Counted from the first letter of the stretch, positions 1-12,263 are shown. The stretch is 64,000 nt of DNA from Octopus sinensis (GCF_006345805.1 NC_043014.1:42656001-42720000), one strand, 5' to 3'. Notes: a model not told the origin generated them from the sequence alone. A program made the numbers and translations.

Positions 1-768
1 GCATTCTCTCCAGGTGTCCCATAAGTGTGGCAACATTGAAACAGTTAAAAATGTTACACGTTGCCTTACTTTCACGACACCTAATGTGTGTGTGTATGTG
101 TGTGTGTATGTGCGTGTGTGTGTGTGCGTGTGTGTGTGCGTGTGTGTGTGCGTGTGTGTGTGTGTGTGTTGTATTGTCATCTTTTAACATCCAGTTTTTT
201 TCATGCTTGTAATAGTTCAAATGGAATTTTGTAGCAGTATTTTTTTTTTCTTTTGCTTGCAGACAGATGCCCTTCATGATGTCATACCTCACCTGTTTCT
301 CAAGCAAGGTAATGTTTCCTCATAGACAAGGCAGCAAGCTGGAGAGACTCGTTAGCACACCTGTCAAAACCGCTTAGCAGCATTTTGTCCATTTTTTTTA
401 CATTGCATTCAGGTGTCCAAATTTTGTTAGGGGTCAACTTTGCCTTTCGTCCCTTCGGGGTCCATAAAATAAATACCAGTTGAGAACTGGGGCCAGTGTA
501 ATTAACTCTTATCCCCACTCCTCAAATTGCTGGCCTTGTGCCATTTTTGAAAAATCATTATTTCTTCACAGAGAGACATGTTTGTCATTGAAGTCTGGAA
601 ACAAACCACCTCATTAGTCTGATGATAATAGCAATGACAACGATTTACCGTCATCATGTAATGTCTAGGCAAGGGCACAAACACATACACATACATTTTA
701 TACACATACACACACACACATATATATATATATATAACAGGCTTCCTTTCAGTTGCCATCTATAGACA

Positions 769-1375
769 GAGGAGTGACTGTGGTAAGAAGCTTGCTTCCC
801 AACTGCATGGTTCCAGGTTCAGTCCCACTGTGTGGCACCTTGGGCAAGTATCTTCTACTATAGCTTCAGGCCGACCAAAGCCTTGTGAGTGGATTTGGTT
901 GGCGGAAACTGAAAGAAGCCCGTCATATATATATATAATTATATATATGTGTGTGTGTGTCTGTGTTTGTCCCCCCCACCATCACTTGACAACGCCATTC
1001 AAGAATTTGAACCTGGAGATCTCCATTTCCAACGATTTCAAGGGCCACCTCCCAGTGGTGTCGGGCGTCAATGAAGAGCCCTCGATTACAACAAGATGAC
1101 CAAAGTTTTTTTTTTTTCCAAGGTCTGGGGTCTCCCGCCCCTAAGCCCTAGACCATCACCTAATCACCCTTACCCATCTTGTTGCTTAACAACAACAACA
1201 TCACTTAACAACCGATGCTGGTGTGTTGATGTTCTCGTAACATTAGCGGTTCAGCAAAAGAGACCAACAGAATAAGTAGTAGGTTTACAAAGAATAAGTC
1301 CTGGGAGTTGATTTGTTCGACTGAAGGTGGTGCTCCAGAATGGTCGCAGTCAAATGACTGAATCAAGTGAAAGAA
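769..1375 (+). mobile_element. tRNA-derived CORE-type SINE (family A), interrupted by a retro-insertion at 994-1198
   Basis: Head with A/B-box-like TGACTGTGGTAAG and GGTTCAGTCCC, CORE-like CCTTGGGCAAGT, internal (TA)n(TG)n, 3' part ending CAGTCAAATGACTGAA. More than 15 related copies in the window. Confidence 0.85.
994..1198 (+). mobile_element. 5'-truncated non-LTR retro-insertion with (AAC)n tail
   Basis: Flanked by a 14-bp duplication CATCACTT(G/A)ACAAC at 980-993 and 1199-1212 inside a family A SINE; ends in AACAACAACAA. Confidence 0.7.
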
Positions 1376-1749
1376 TATCAAATCCACTCACAAAGCTTTT
1401 GTTGGTCTGGGGCTATAGTAGAAGATACTTGCCCAAGGTACCATGCATGTTGTGTGTGTGTATGTGCGTGTGCACAAGCAAGACAAGCCAACAAGGGAGG
1501 CAGTTACAATAATTGCTCGAAATAGCAGCCAAGTTCCCCTTTAATTACACTCTGCCTTCTTAAGAAAGAAAGAATACAATGAATATGATGTGCCTGTTTG
1601 GTGTTATATTCAGAGATGGTGCATCTTTGATCATAGCAGGAGCTATGATCAAAGATGCTAGGTGGCCTTGGGCTAAACAGCTATCACAATGTGTGTAAAT
1701 ATGAATGGATGTGTACATTATTCCTCAATGTTTCTAAACTCGTGTGCAA

Positions 1750-2149
1750 CGCAGGAGTGGCTGTGTGGTAAGTAGCTTGCTTACCAACCACATGGTTCCG
1801 GGTTCAGTCCCACTGTGTGGCATCTTGGGCAAGCGTCTTCTGCTATAGCCTGGGGCCGACCAAAGCCTTGTGGGTGGATTTGGTAGACGGAAACTGAAAG
1901 AAGCCTGTCATATATATGTATATATATATATATGTATGTGTGCGTGTATGTTTGCATGTCTGTGTTTGTCCCCCCAACATTGCTTGACAACTGATGCTGG
2001 TGTGTGGTAAGTAGCTTGCTTACCAACCACATGGTTCCGGGTTCAGTCCCACTGCGTGGCACCTTGGGCAAGTGTCTTCTACTAAAGCCTCGGGCCGACC
2101 AAAGCCTTGTGAGTGGATTTGGTGGACGGAAACTGAGAGAAGCCTGTCG

Positions 2150-2182
<33 letters not shown>

Positions 2183-2400
2183 GTTTGCGTGTCTGTCTTT
2201 GTCCCCCTAGCGTTGCTTGACAACCGATGCTGGTGTGTTTACGTCCCCGTCACTTAGTGGTTCGGCAAAAGAGACTGATAGAATAAGTACTGGGTTTACA
2301 AAGAACAAAGTCCCCGGGGTCGATTTGCTCGACTAAAAAGGCAGTGCTCCAGCATGGTCACAGTCAAATGACTGAAACAAGTGAAAGAGAGTAAAGAGTA
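1750..2400 (+). mobile_element. Family A SINE, partial copy joined head-to-tail to a near-complete copy
   Basis: GTGTGGTAAGTAGCTTGCTTACCAACCACATGG occurs at about 1763 and 2002; a single 3' tail ends GAGAGTAAAGAGTA. Confidence 0.9.
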
Positions 2401-2869
2401 AACGATCTTTCTTCCTCCTTCTCCCGTTTCCTTCCCTGAAATCGAGGCAGAGAGCCTCTCTGACTTGTGTGCTCTGTACAATCGTTCCTTCAAGGTCACA
2501 GATCACGTAAAGATGCATATTTCATTTTGTTTATTAGGAGAGAATGTGTGTATGTGTGTTTTACTTATTATGATTACCACATGTGTGTCTAGCTTGTTTG
2601 GCAAGAATTTCTGAAGCATAAGCAAATCTCGCGTGGAAAGGAAAAAACAGCTCGGCGAGGAATAATTGCAAAGTGGTTTTCTCTCTTTCTCTGTTAATAT
2701 TAACTTGTTGAATGAGGATTAAGCGAGATGAGGACAAAATTCTTGCTAATTAATCATTAAAATTCAAAAGTTAACGTGATAATAGGAAAGACGATGAATA
2801 GCAATGATAATCTTGAGAGGTGATTTCTGTGGAAGCGACTGGTTGTTGTTCCTTTTGTCCCCCGGACAG

Positions 2870-2941
2870 ATTAACGGCCATTCTTTCGTCGTAAATAATG
2901 AAATTGTATTCCAGTCGGGTGGTGGAGGTTGAATCTGAATC
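2870..2941 (+). other. Candidate exon (non-coding or start exon MKLYSSRVVEVESE)
   Basis: Pyrimidine-rich acceptor TTGTTGTTCCTTTTGTCCCCCGGACAG, donor GTAAGT at 2942, ATG at 2898 open to the donor. No homology recognised. Confidence 0.2.
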
Positions 2942-3695
2942 GTAAGTCTGGAAGCTAACAATGAGCATCGCTTAAACAGAGTCAGAGTAAGCTGATGGCA
3001 ATGACCTTCGCAGCAGAACAATGTGAAGACAGCAGTTTTGACTCTGCATCATAGAAAGAGGACTGTTAGTAATTGAATACTATGTAAGCAAAGCAACCAG
3101 TGGGACTTTTTGGGGGGTTTTTTTTTTGGTTTTTTTTTGGAGGGGTTTTTTTTTTTAAATTATAGTAAGAGATACAGCAGCATTATTGACTACGTACCCA
3201 CAAACATTTACATGGGTGTGCAGGGCAATACACCAGCAAAGCAGAATGTGCTTTGGGTGCTGGTTTAAACATGCCAGCCTGCTGTTTGTAGAAATATTCG
3301 ATAGTTTCGGATATCTTACTATATCTACCCTCAGTTTTATCATGGGTGTTTCATTAAAAAAAAAAAAAAAAAAAAAAACGAGTGAGAGAGAGAGACACTG
3401 TTTTACATGAGTCTGTAATTAATGGAAAAACAGAATATGTGGGTAAAATAGGTTTTGTTATAAGACCCCCCCCCCCCATGGTTATCATGATTACTGTGGA
3501 TGGTTTGCTGGGGTGTTCTTTTGCAGTTGAAGAATCTTTGACTGATTGCTGACCCATCTTATCAAAGGTTAGTTTGTGATAAGTGCAACAGGGTTCACAA
3601 TTGACTGTACCATATTATCCCAGATCAGTGATAAGCGAGGATAGCCGGATGTATTTAAGGACTGCTTTGGTTCGGGTTTATTGTAACCCTAGCCC

Positions 3696-4060
3696 CCAAA
3701 GCCCGTCCCCTCCTCACCGTGGTGGAGACGCTGGCAACGGATAGTGTCAGAGCTATGCCGCTGGGAACTTCGGTTCTTGGTAGGGCCACCCAAGGCGGAT
3801 TAGTCTGACACTGAGTGGTATTAGGGCCACAACTCAGCAGACAGGGCTCTGGTGAAAATCCTCGGGAGTGTCTGTTTCGGTAACCGGCGGCTCCTCGGTA
3901 GCTCTGTCCCTGCGTCTGCAGACAATCTGCAGCAAACAGGATGTCTCTACATGCAGGATTGTTGGGGACCGCTTGTGAAATCCACATATTCCCACAAAAC
4001 TTCTTCCATAGTAGAAGCCGACTCATCCCGCCCAGGGTGAATGTCGCCACAAGTAAGTAA
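3696..4060 (+). mobile_element. Short non-autonomous RTE-derived (bipartite-type) retroelement
   Basis: TSD GT(A/G)ACCCTAGCCC at 3683-3695 and 4061-4073; (AAGT)n tail; CCGTGGTGGAG...GAGCTATGCCG...GGTAGGGCCACCCAAGGC resembles recalled RTE (BovB/Expander) 5' UTRs. Confidence 0.7.
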
Positions 4061-5249
4061 GTGACCCTAGCCCACCTTTTACTATAAATGTTTTTGACAT
4101 GTTATTGCCTTGAATGGGGTTAGCCAGTACTTCTTTTTCTGAAGTCTTCTTCTGTTGCTGCATTGCTAAGTTATATGGATGTAAACAAACCAACACCTAT
4201 TTCTTTATTACCCACAAGGGGCTAAACATAGAGGGGACAGACATAGGTATTAAGTCGATTACATCGACCCCAGTGTGAAGCTGGTACTTTATTTATCGAC
4301 CAATACCGGTTGCCAAGTGGCGAGGAAGGAGACAAACAATCACACTAAGGAAATGCTTCCATATATGCCCTGTCCACCAAATTCATTCACAAAGCACAAG
4401 TCGACCCAGGGCTAGCGTAGAGGCTTAACGTGGAACCACATTGGTACAAAGTGCACTGACTCTTTTACAATGCAATTCGTTCTAGCCATGAATTTCTCTT
4501 ACGGTGCACAACTGACATTTAATAAGAATTCCTCTTCTATCTGTCGGGGAAACCTTTCTTCTATTCCTTAGTGTTGATTTCATAAGCAACCGCCATGTAC
4601 TGGTATGGTATCCGGGGTCAATGTACTCCACGCTAAAACCTCACGTATAAGAAAACTCTCAATTACAGTTGATAATTAGAGACCATTGTTACTTCAGACC
4701 AGGAATGTTTGTTTTGGCAGATTAAGCCTAGTGAAGCAACAAAGATAAAAAAGAAAGGAATAATAATAATAATAGTAGTAGTAGTAGTAACTTGAGATGA
4801 GATGCGTCCATGCTGGCAGCTGCAGTATGTATCTTTCAAGTGGTGCTTATGCAATCAAAGAAGTAGGGAAATAAATATTATCTAGCACTGTGCGGAGATT
4901 TAGAAAGAAGTTGTGACGGGAATTAAAATGAAGAAATGTCATAGTGTTACCATTATCATCGTCGTTGTTTTAATGACCATCCGCTGTCCACTTTTCCCAT
5001 GCTTGCATAAATTGCATGGAGTTTATTGAGGCAAATCATCTATGGTTGGATGCTTTTCTTGTCGCCGACTTTCACCTGTTTCCAAACAGGATAATATTTC
5101 CCGGAGGCCAGTCTTGTTTTCACAGAATATTGAAGATGAATGATGTTGCTTATATGACAGGGACACTCATTTACAACTACGACATGATATTAAGACAAGG
5201 AGATACAAACACATGCACTTATATATGTGTGTGTGTGTGTGTGTACACA

Positions 5250-5500
5250 TCGTCGTCATTTAACGTCGGTTTTCCATGCTAGCATGGGTTGGACGGTTCA
5301 ACTGGGGTCTGGGAAGCCAGGTGGCTGCATCAGACTCCAGTCTGATCTGACAGTGTTTCTACAGCTGGGTGCCCTTCCTAACGCCAACCACTCTGTGAGT
5401 GTAGTGGGTGTTTTTTACGTGCCACCAGCACAGGGGCCAGTGGAGGCTAGCAAAGGCCATGATTGGTTGGTACATTTTATGTACCACCAGCACAGGAGCC
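5250..5500 (-). mobile_element. (GAT)n-tailed RTE-related short element (family C)
   Basis: Shared motifs GGTTGGCGTTAGGAAGGGCA and CCATGCTAGCATGGAAAA..GACGTTAAATGA on the minus strand; about 12 copies in the window. Confidence 0.8.
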
Positions 5501-5606
5501 ATTTATATATATATATATATATGACCAAATTTGGGTCAGTAGAGTCATATGGCACTATGTACTTCTTCTCAAGAAGTTCTAATTGTTAATTCTTACCTTT
5601 GCTCAC

Positions 5607-5666
5607 CTGATGAAAATGGTTCTTTGTGCATGATGTAACGTTTCTGTTCATCAGTAAAAAACACAC
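5607..5666 (-). other. Candidate 60-nt phase 1-1 exon, (G)VFFTDEQKRYIMHKEPFSS
   Basis: Minus-strand acceptor CGTTTCAG and donor CAG|GTGAGC, open frame, length divisible by 3. Product not recognised. Confidence 0.25.
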
Positions 5667-7045
5667 CTGAAACGACTGTTGTGAACCACAATCCATTTGT
5701 TATATTACACACACATATGTACATATGATGAACTTCTTTAGTTTCTGTCCACCAAATCCACTTACAATGCTTTGGTCAACTTGAGGCTATCGTAGATATT
5801 TGTCCAAGGTACCACACAACCATGTCTGCATCTAGTTTCAAAAGAGAAATGTCTGTTCTGGCGTAATGATTTACTAAACAATGTTTGATTATAGAGTTTT
5901 GCAAGATGGATTCAGTCACAGTGGTAGCAATGGTAGTGGTAGCAATGGTGATAGCGATGGTGAGGAGTAGGAGGTCTATCTGGAGTGAAAGAGATAAGGA
6001 GTGGCGAATGTGCTGAATGTTAATATGATTGCCTGCTCTTTATGCCCCAAAAATTATAAATTTTCACTATTACCATGTATATGATCTAAGCTCTCTTGCA
6101 CCAACTGGATCTGAAGAGGTGTGAAAATTAATCACTGTGACCCTATTACCTACAGTTATAAACATTAACTCTTTCAGGCTGTTAAACTACTCATTATCGG
6201 GAGTTGACTGGTACAAAGGGATTTCTTTGATGATGCTATAAAATTAAGCCTTCATTTCATTCGATATCTGATATACACACACAAATGGTTACTGTATGGA
6301 TCAAATTGGTAATTTGAAGGCTTTTTTGTTGAAGTTTTTTTTTTCTTTCTTGTTTCAAAAACTCACACTTTTATAAGTAGTGGTTATGTATTCATTTCAT
6401 AAAAGAAAAAAAAATCTAACAGATATAACAGCTTGTGAAAGAATGATAATAGTAAAATAAAACCGCTAAGTTGAATGAGGGCTTTTCATTATAAATTTTC
6501 ACCAGGGTTATTTGGTTGGTGGTGGGGTGGTGTATTTTTACGGACTTCCCCACTTATCAGCATGCACAATAAGTAATTGCGTATTTATATCCTTTTCGGT
6601 TGGTCATAATTACAAGCCATGTCATGAATATGTAAAAAACGAACAAGGAGAGTTTTGTAATCGTCTGTTTGCTTCTTTTGGAGGGGAGAGGTATTTTTTC
6701 CCCATGCCATAAATATCATTGGAGACTCTAAAACATGAGAGTGTGAAGCTAATACAGTATTCAAAAATGCTGTAAATATTATTATCAAAACAATATAATA
6801 AATAAATGAGATTCATCAGAATCAATTGATCTCATTAATGAAATAATGTATGCATGTGTGTGATTTTGCTTTCTTTATTAATTTCACACCTGTTGTACTT
6901 CTGTAAACAGTAATGGCTAAAGTTTTGTCTGTCAAACTGAGCCAATCTCCAACTGGTTTCAATCCTCAATGATGTAGTTTTTTTCACTACTTCGCTTAAC
7001 AATGTGAAGCATCTCTGGCCAGGAAGCATTTGGGTTTTAATTTAA

Positions 7046-7748
7046 CCCTTTAGCATTCAGATTACTCTGTCAAATGTAATGCTCTCTATCTCACACTGTT
7101 TTGAAGTAATCATGCATTATCTCGTAGCTCTGAGATTTCAGTGATCATCATCATCATTGATTAACGTCCACTTTCCATGCTAGCATGGGTTGGACGATTT
7201 GACTGAGGACTGGCGAACCAGATGGCTGCACCAGGCTCCAATCTGATCTGACAGAGTTTCTACAGCTGGATTCCCTTCCTAACGCCAACCACTCCAAGAT
7301 TGTAGTGGGTGCTTTTATGTGCCACCGGCCCTCGTGCCGGTGGCATGTAGATGTTATTGTTTATTTTTAGAATGACATTGTAGAGTAGTTAATTAGTTAA
7401 TTATTTGGCTCAAAAAGCAATGCCATGTAGGGGGACATGGAGTTATGTACAGGGTGGTGTTAATGTAAAGAGTTCAGGCCACTTGTGGTCAAGGGAGACT
7501 TTGAACCGAGCGGTCGTCGGCATCTTCACTATCTCGTCCAACAGCTTATTCCACGGATCCGCAACTCGGCCAGAGAAAGCCCCTCTCCTTCGATTGAGAT
7601 GAAATCATCGCAGATAGAGCTTTTCAGAGTGACCCCGCAGCCGACGCTCTGGAGCAGGAGTGAAGAACGAGTAGGTGTGAAAGGATGAATCTGACTAGTT
7701 TGAACATAAGACAAGTAGAATATTGAGGCCAGTTTAAATACTAAAGGG
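7046..7748. mobile_element. piggyBac-type MITE with nested family C element (about 7145-7348) and CR1 fragment
   Basis: TTAA|CCCTTTAG ... CTAAAGGG|TTAA termini; body matches the uninterrupted copy at 30972-31192. Confidence 0.8.
7385..7668 (-). mobile_element. CR1/L2-group LINE 3' fragment (ORF2 C-terminus, 3' UTR, (TAAC)n-like tail)
   Basis: Minus-strand translation FFTPAPERRLRGHSEKLYLR*FHLNRRRGAFSGRVADPWNKLLDEIVKMPTTARFKVSLDHKW fits the CR1 RGH..KL / FS.RV...WN.L / FK..LD signature. Confidence 0.85.
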
Positions 7749-8359
7749 TTAAATTTGAATATTCTAAAGCGAGTGGTTTTTGTGCCATGGAAGTAGGGGC
7801 AGGTTAGTGTCAAAAGGGTTAAGACAATAAGGGAGTAACTGCTATTTCTTACAGACTGAACAATTGTTTAGAACAGGGGCCCCAACCCATGGGCTATGGA
7901 GCATTTGGTACTAGGCCATACAGAAAGAATAAATATTGGTTTCAAATTTTGGCACAAGGCCAGCAATTTCAGGATGGGGGTGGGGGTGAGAGTAAGTTGA
8001 TTTCATCAATCCCAGCGTTCAATTGGTATTTATTTTACCAACCCCGAAAGGATGAAAGGCAAAGTCAACCCCCAGTGACATTTTGAACACAGAGTGTGAA
8101 GTCGGAAGAAATTCTGCTAACTCTTTTTTTTCTTTTTCTTTTTTTTTTTTTTTTTTTTTTGCAGGTGTGATAACGATTTTTGCCAGCTTGCTGCCTAGAA
8201 AGAATAAATATTTTAAATTTTATTTCTATTTTATTGACTATCACTATCTGCAGGGTGCTCTTACATTATTTATGTAATATATACATAATATATATATATT
8301 TTTATATATTATATATATATATTATTTATGTAATATATACATAATATATATGTTTTTTA

Positions 8360-8693
8360 TCTTTACCGTTATTGTTTTTACGTTTTTGTATTCTTATTCG
8401 TGCTTTCCTTATTGTTTTCACGTATTTCTGTATTTTTATTCGTGTACATCATTCGTTTTCCGTCCTTGTGTTGTATACATTCAAAGCTTTCTTCCAAGGG
8501 ATCTAATGCGCTTGGCTTAGATTTCCCTTGGGGGCTGCCCAGATCGGAGCAATCTCAAGATTAATCAGCCGAAATTGCGAAGATGATCTGGTTCTTGACT
8601 GATGACTGAGGGCTTCGAATGTCCTGTCCTGTGGTTCTTGTGTCGTCTCCTTGGTGTTTCACATTCTTGTCCCAGTTTGTATTTATTTTTTAC

Positions 8694-8750
<57 letters not shown>

Positions 8751-9413
8751 AGCAAGACAAATGAAAATATACGAAATAAAAATGATTACCCATGTACCTT
8801 GCGGATATTAACAATCGAAACTGATCGGTACATGGGTAATCATTTTTATTTCGTATATTTTCATTTGTCTTGCTTATTTTTAATGCTTTGGTCTGTGCTG
8901 AGTTTTTATTTGAGAACATATTCTTTGTGGAAAATAGCGATTTGACGTCTATATCTAGCATGTTGACCGTCCACTTTTAGTGGTCAGTCCTTTAAATTTT
9001 GCATGTAAAAATATTTTGATCTTCGGATTTCTTTAATATGCTGGGCTACTGGTTTTAATTGATTAATATCAATTTCTACCCTTATTAAATTTTAAATTAT
9101 ATGTATATATATTAAACCTCGCTAAGATAAATATTTCAATCACCTGAAGATTGACTGTAACTCGAATTATTACGAATTGGACAGCCATGAAATGATCGTA
9201 GTGTTATACTCATTATCTTTTTTTAATAATTTTGATATATTTAAAATAATATAAATTAATTAATCTTATGTATTGGCTTAAGTTTTCCATTGTATGATTT
9301 GCCTAATAGTGGTTTTATCTCTAATTTAATATAATATAATATTTTACTATAAAATTAGATTCAATCCTAAATCTGATTTTTCCCTGTAAGTTTGGATTTA
9401 TTCCCTAATATTT

Positions 9414-9420
<7 letters not shown>
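8360..9420. mobile_element. Cluster of Penelope-like element fragments in (TA)n tracts
   Basis: Contains an inverted repeat (8744-8880), an HHR motif (9141-9203) and a tail (about 9335-9415) shared with 58435-58515; bounded by (TA)n. Confidence 0.65.
9141..9203 (+). ncRNA. Minimal type I hammerhead ribozyme motif (PLE-type)
   Basis: cac CTGAAGA t-tgactgt...acagcca-t GAAA tgatcg TA gtg: short stem I, imperfect stem II, near-palindromic stem III. Confidence 0.65.
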
Positions 9421-9476
<56 letters not shown>

Positions 9477-9924
9477 TTACATATGTAATGATTAAATTAT
9501 ATATGTATGCACTTTGCGTTTAGTTATGTACCTGATCCCTACCAATCTGTCAAAAAATTTTGTCTTGCATGAAACCAGTCTATGGTGCATAAAAGATTAC
9601 AGACTGCTGCTGTATAGGTTCCCTCGGTGGCTCGTAACCACTGTTTTGGTTGTCTTAATGTTCCATTCTAGTAATATGTATCAACCTTTCTGTTAATAGC
9701 TGAGAATCTCTGTGTGAAAGAGAACCTGTTACGTGCAAGATGAAATATATATATATATATATTGGTTAGAAGAATGAACATTTCTGACAGAATTGTTTAT
9801 TATTTTCTAATACCTTAGCCTTTTGGCATGTTTATCTGGTTGTTGTTGCTAAGGTGATTTAAATCGTATTTCACTGCAAAGTTTTATTCCATACACGCCA
9901 AAGTAGTTGTATACTACAACTTAC

Positions 9925-9977
9925 CACGCCCTGTTGCGTTTTTACCTGATTAAGCTCCAAGTCAATAAGTAGCAAAA
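9925..9977 (-). other. Candidate 53-nt exon, (x)LLLIDLELNQVKTQQGV
   Basis: Strong minus-strand acceptor TACTTTCATTTTCTAG and donor GTG|GTAAGT; one open frame. No homology recognised. Confidence 0.3.
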
Positions 9978-10857
9978 CTAGAAAATGAAAGTATATTATT
10001 GATATATTGCCTTGAAGTAAGTTTAAATTATTGATTGCTTTTTTCCCAAGCACAAGGTGTCTTTTTTTTCCCCCTTCTTTTATAAGAGAAGAATATTAGG
10101 AATGGGATATGTCACAGTTTGTATTGGTTGTTGTTTATCAACATTCCTCCTCTTAACAGGGTAAAAGATGATATCCACATAGCCAGACTCTATTGTTGTT
10201 TGTTTGTTAAACCCAAGGTCAGCTCTGATCTTAAAAGTAATCCAGCCATCACTGACCTATTTATTCGGGCATAATATATATATATATATAATATATATAT
10301 ATATATATAATATATTAATAAATAAAACATATGCATATATATATATATATACATATATGTATGTACCTACCTCTACATGTATATATACACGCATATATGA
10401 GTACAGGACACCAAAAAAATGTTGAACACAATGAGAAATGAAAACATAGACACAAAACCAAGGAACTGGACATTTTTCTTAAACAACAAAAAAATAGAGT
10501 ACAGGACAAATAACACAAGGAAAAAAACCCTTCTTCAGTCGCCATAGTTTCATCTACTCTACGTTTCTATATAGATAGATAGATAGATATTCTTTTGTTT
10601 GTTTCAGTCATTTGACTGGAGCCATGCTGGAGCACTGCCTTTAGTCAAACAAACTGACCCCAGCACTTGTTCTTTGTAAGCCTACTACTTACTCCATTGG
10701 TCGCTTTTACCGAACCACTAAGTTACAGGGACATAAACACATCAACATTGGTTGCCAAGTGATGGTGGGGGACTAACATAAATACACACACACACACACT
10801 CACTCACTCTCTCACACACACATACATACATACATATATATATATATACATATATAT

Positions 10858-11157
10858 CATCATCATCATCATTTAACGTCCGTTTTCCGCGCTAGCACAG
10901 GTTGGACAGTTCGACCGGGGTCTGGGAAGCCAGGGCTGCACCAGGCTCCAGTCTGATCTGGCAGTGTTTCTACAGCTGGATGCCCTTCCTAACGCCAACC
11001 AGTCCGTGAGTGTAGTGGGTGCTTTTTACGTACCACCTGCACAGGTGCCAGGGGGGGGGGTCTGGCATCGGCCACGATCGGTTGGTGCTTTTAACGTGCC
11101 ACCAGCACGGAAGCCAGCCAAGGCAGCGCTGGCATCGGCCACGTTCGGATGGTGCTT
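10858..11157 (-). mobile_element. Family C element
   Basis: (CAT)n tail on the plus strand, GATGCCCTTCCTAACGCCAACC, internal modules of about 60 bp. Confidence 0.85.
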
Positions 11158-11721
11158 GCACACACACACAATGGGCTTCTTTCAGTTTCTGTTTACCAAA
11201 TCTACTTGTTCTCCTGATGGTTCGAAATGCCTGTTTTTTTTTTTTGTTGCTATATGATGAAAGGAAAAAATGTGGTGTACTTTTTTTTCTTTTTCTTCCT
11301 CTTTTTTTTTGTGTATATGTTTCATGCTTGCTACATTTTTATCTGTGAATCTCTTCATTTTCTTACGTCTATCCTCATTTCTCTTCTCACCCTTTGGACT
11401 ATCTAAATCTCTCTATCCATCTATCTATCTATCAACCACAGGTATGTCAACTCATTAAGGCTGTAGAGAAGCATACTAGCTGCACCTTTCCTACGTAGCC
11501 AATTGATTATTATATTGTTGACTATTGATACAATTTATGCACATTTTGTACTCGACAAAATCTTTTCAAGTTTTATTTTTGTCATTTTATTTTTATTCAT
11601 TTCTCTATTTTCCGTCTTGTAAGTCACGACATCTCTCTAGCTGTCACCAAACTTCAACAAGATCTTTACACGCACGGACTTTATCTATATATACTGTATG
11701 TGTATAATATATATATATATA

Positions 11722-11936
11722 TTCAAAATGTAACCGTGTGTGTACCGTTTGCGATTTTTTCCCTCTGTCTTCCCTTCTCTGGATCTTTCCTTTTCCTATG
11801 TTTCTGACAAAGAGCTCTGCTCGAAACGTTAAACTCTCCTTCTTCCCTTCCTTCCTGAGCGTCCAATAATACTATATTTGTTCCACGTACTCACGTTGTT
11901 GTATTTTCTCTTTGTGTTTTCATGTTTGGATTAACT
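11722..11936 (+). mobile_element. PLE-derived short element with decayed HHR (11800-11834)
   Basis: gttt CTGACAA a-gagc-tct-gctc GAAA cg TT aaac; (TA)n on both sides; related to the 45735 and 53087 family. Confidence 0.7.
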
Positions 11937-11957
11937 ATATATATATATATATATATA

Positions 11958-12263
11958 TCATCATCATCGTTTAACGTCCATTTTCCATCCTAGCATGGGT
12001 TGGACGGTTCGACCAGGGTCTGGGAAGTCAGGAGGCTGCTCCAGGCTCCAGTCTGATCTGGCTGTGTTTCTACAGCTGGATGCCCTTCCCAACGCCAACC
12101 ACTCTGTGAGTGTAGTGGGTGCTTTTTACATGCCACCGGCACAGGTGCCAGGGAAGGCTGGCAACGGCCACGATCGGTTGGTGCTTTTTATATGCCACCG
12201 ACACGGAAGCCAGTCAAGGCGGCGCTGGCATCGGCCACGTTTGGATGGTGCTTTTTACATACC
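11958..12263 (-). mobile_element. Family C element
   Basis: Same diagnostic motifs as the other family C copies. Confidence 0.85.

Larger units (their letters stand above)
7874..9608. mobile_element. Old hAT-Charlie (MER1-like) element split by nested SINE and PLE insertions
   Basis: Left end CAGGGGCCCCAACCC; right end AAATTTTGTCTTGCATGAAACCAGTCTATGGTGCATAAAAG..ACTGCTG resembles recalled MER1 ends. TSD not convincing. Confidence 0.4.

Noticed and set aside
1781-2257. Recurrent small ORFs such as ...YDRLLSVSVYQIHSQGFGRP...
   Set aside because: Translations of the family A SINE that recur at every copy.
5603-5684. Plus-strand hammerhead-like match (tcac CTGATGA ... GAAA cgactg TT gtga)
   Set aside because: Stem II does not pair next to the core and stem III is not palindromic; minus-strand splice sites explain it equally well.
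6893-7017. Minus-strand exon candidate RCFTLLSEVVKK...
   Set aside because: Weak donor (GTGTGA), end phase incompatible with the 5607-5666 candidate, no recognisable homology.
12117-12263. CRISPR-like repeat-spacer pattern in family C elements (also 21916-23130)
   Set aside because: The apparent spacers are homologous to each other, the context is eukaryotic and there are no cas genes.
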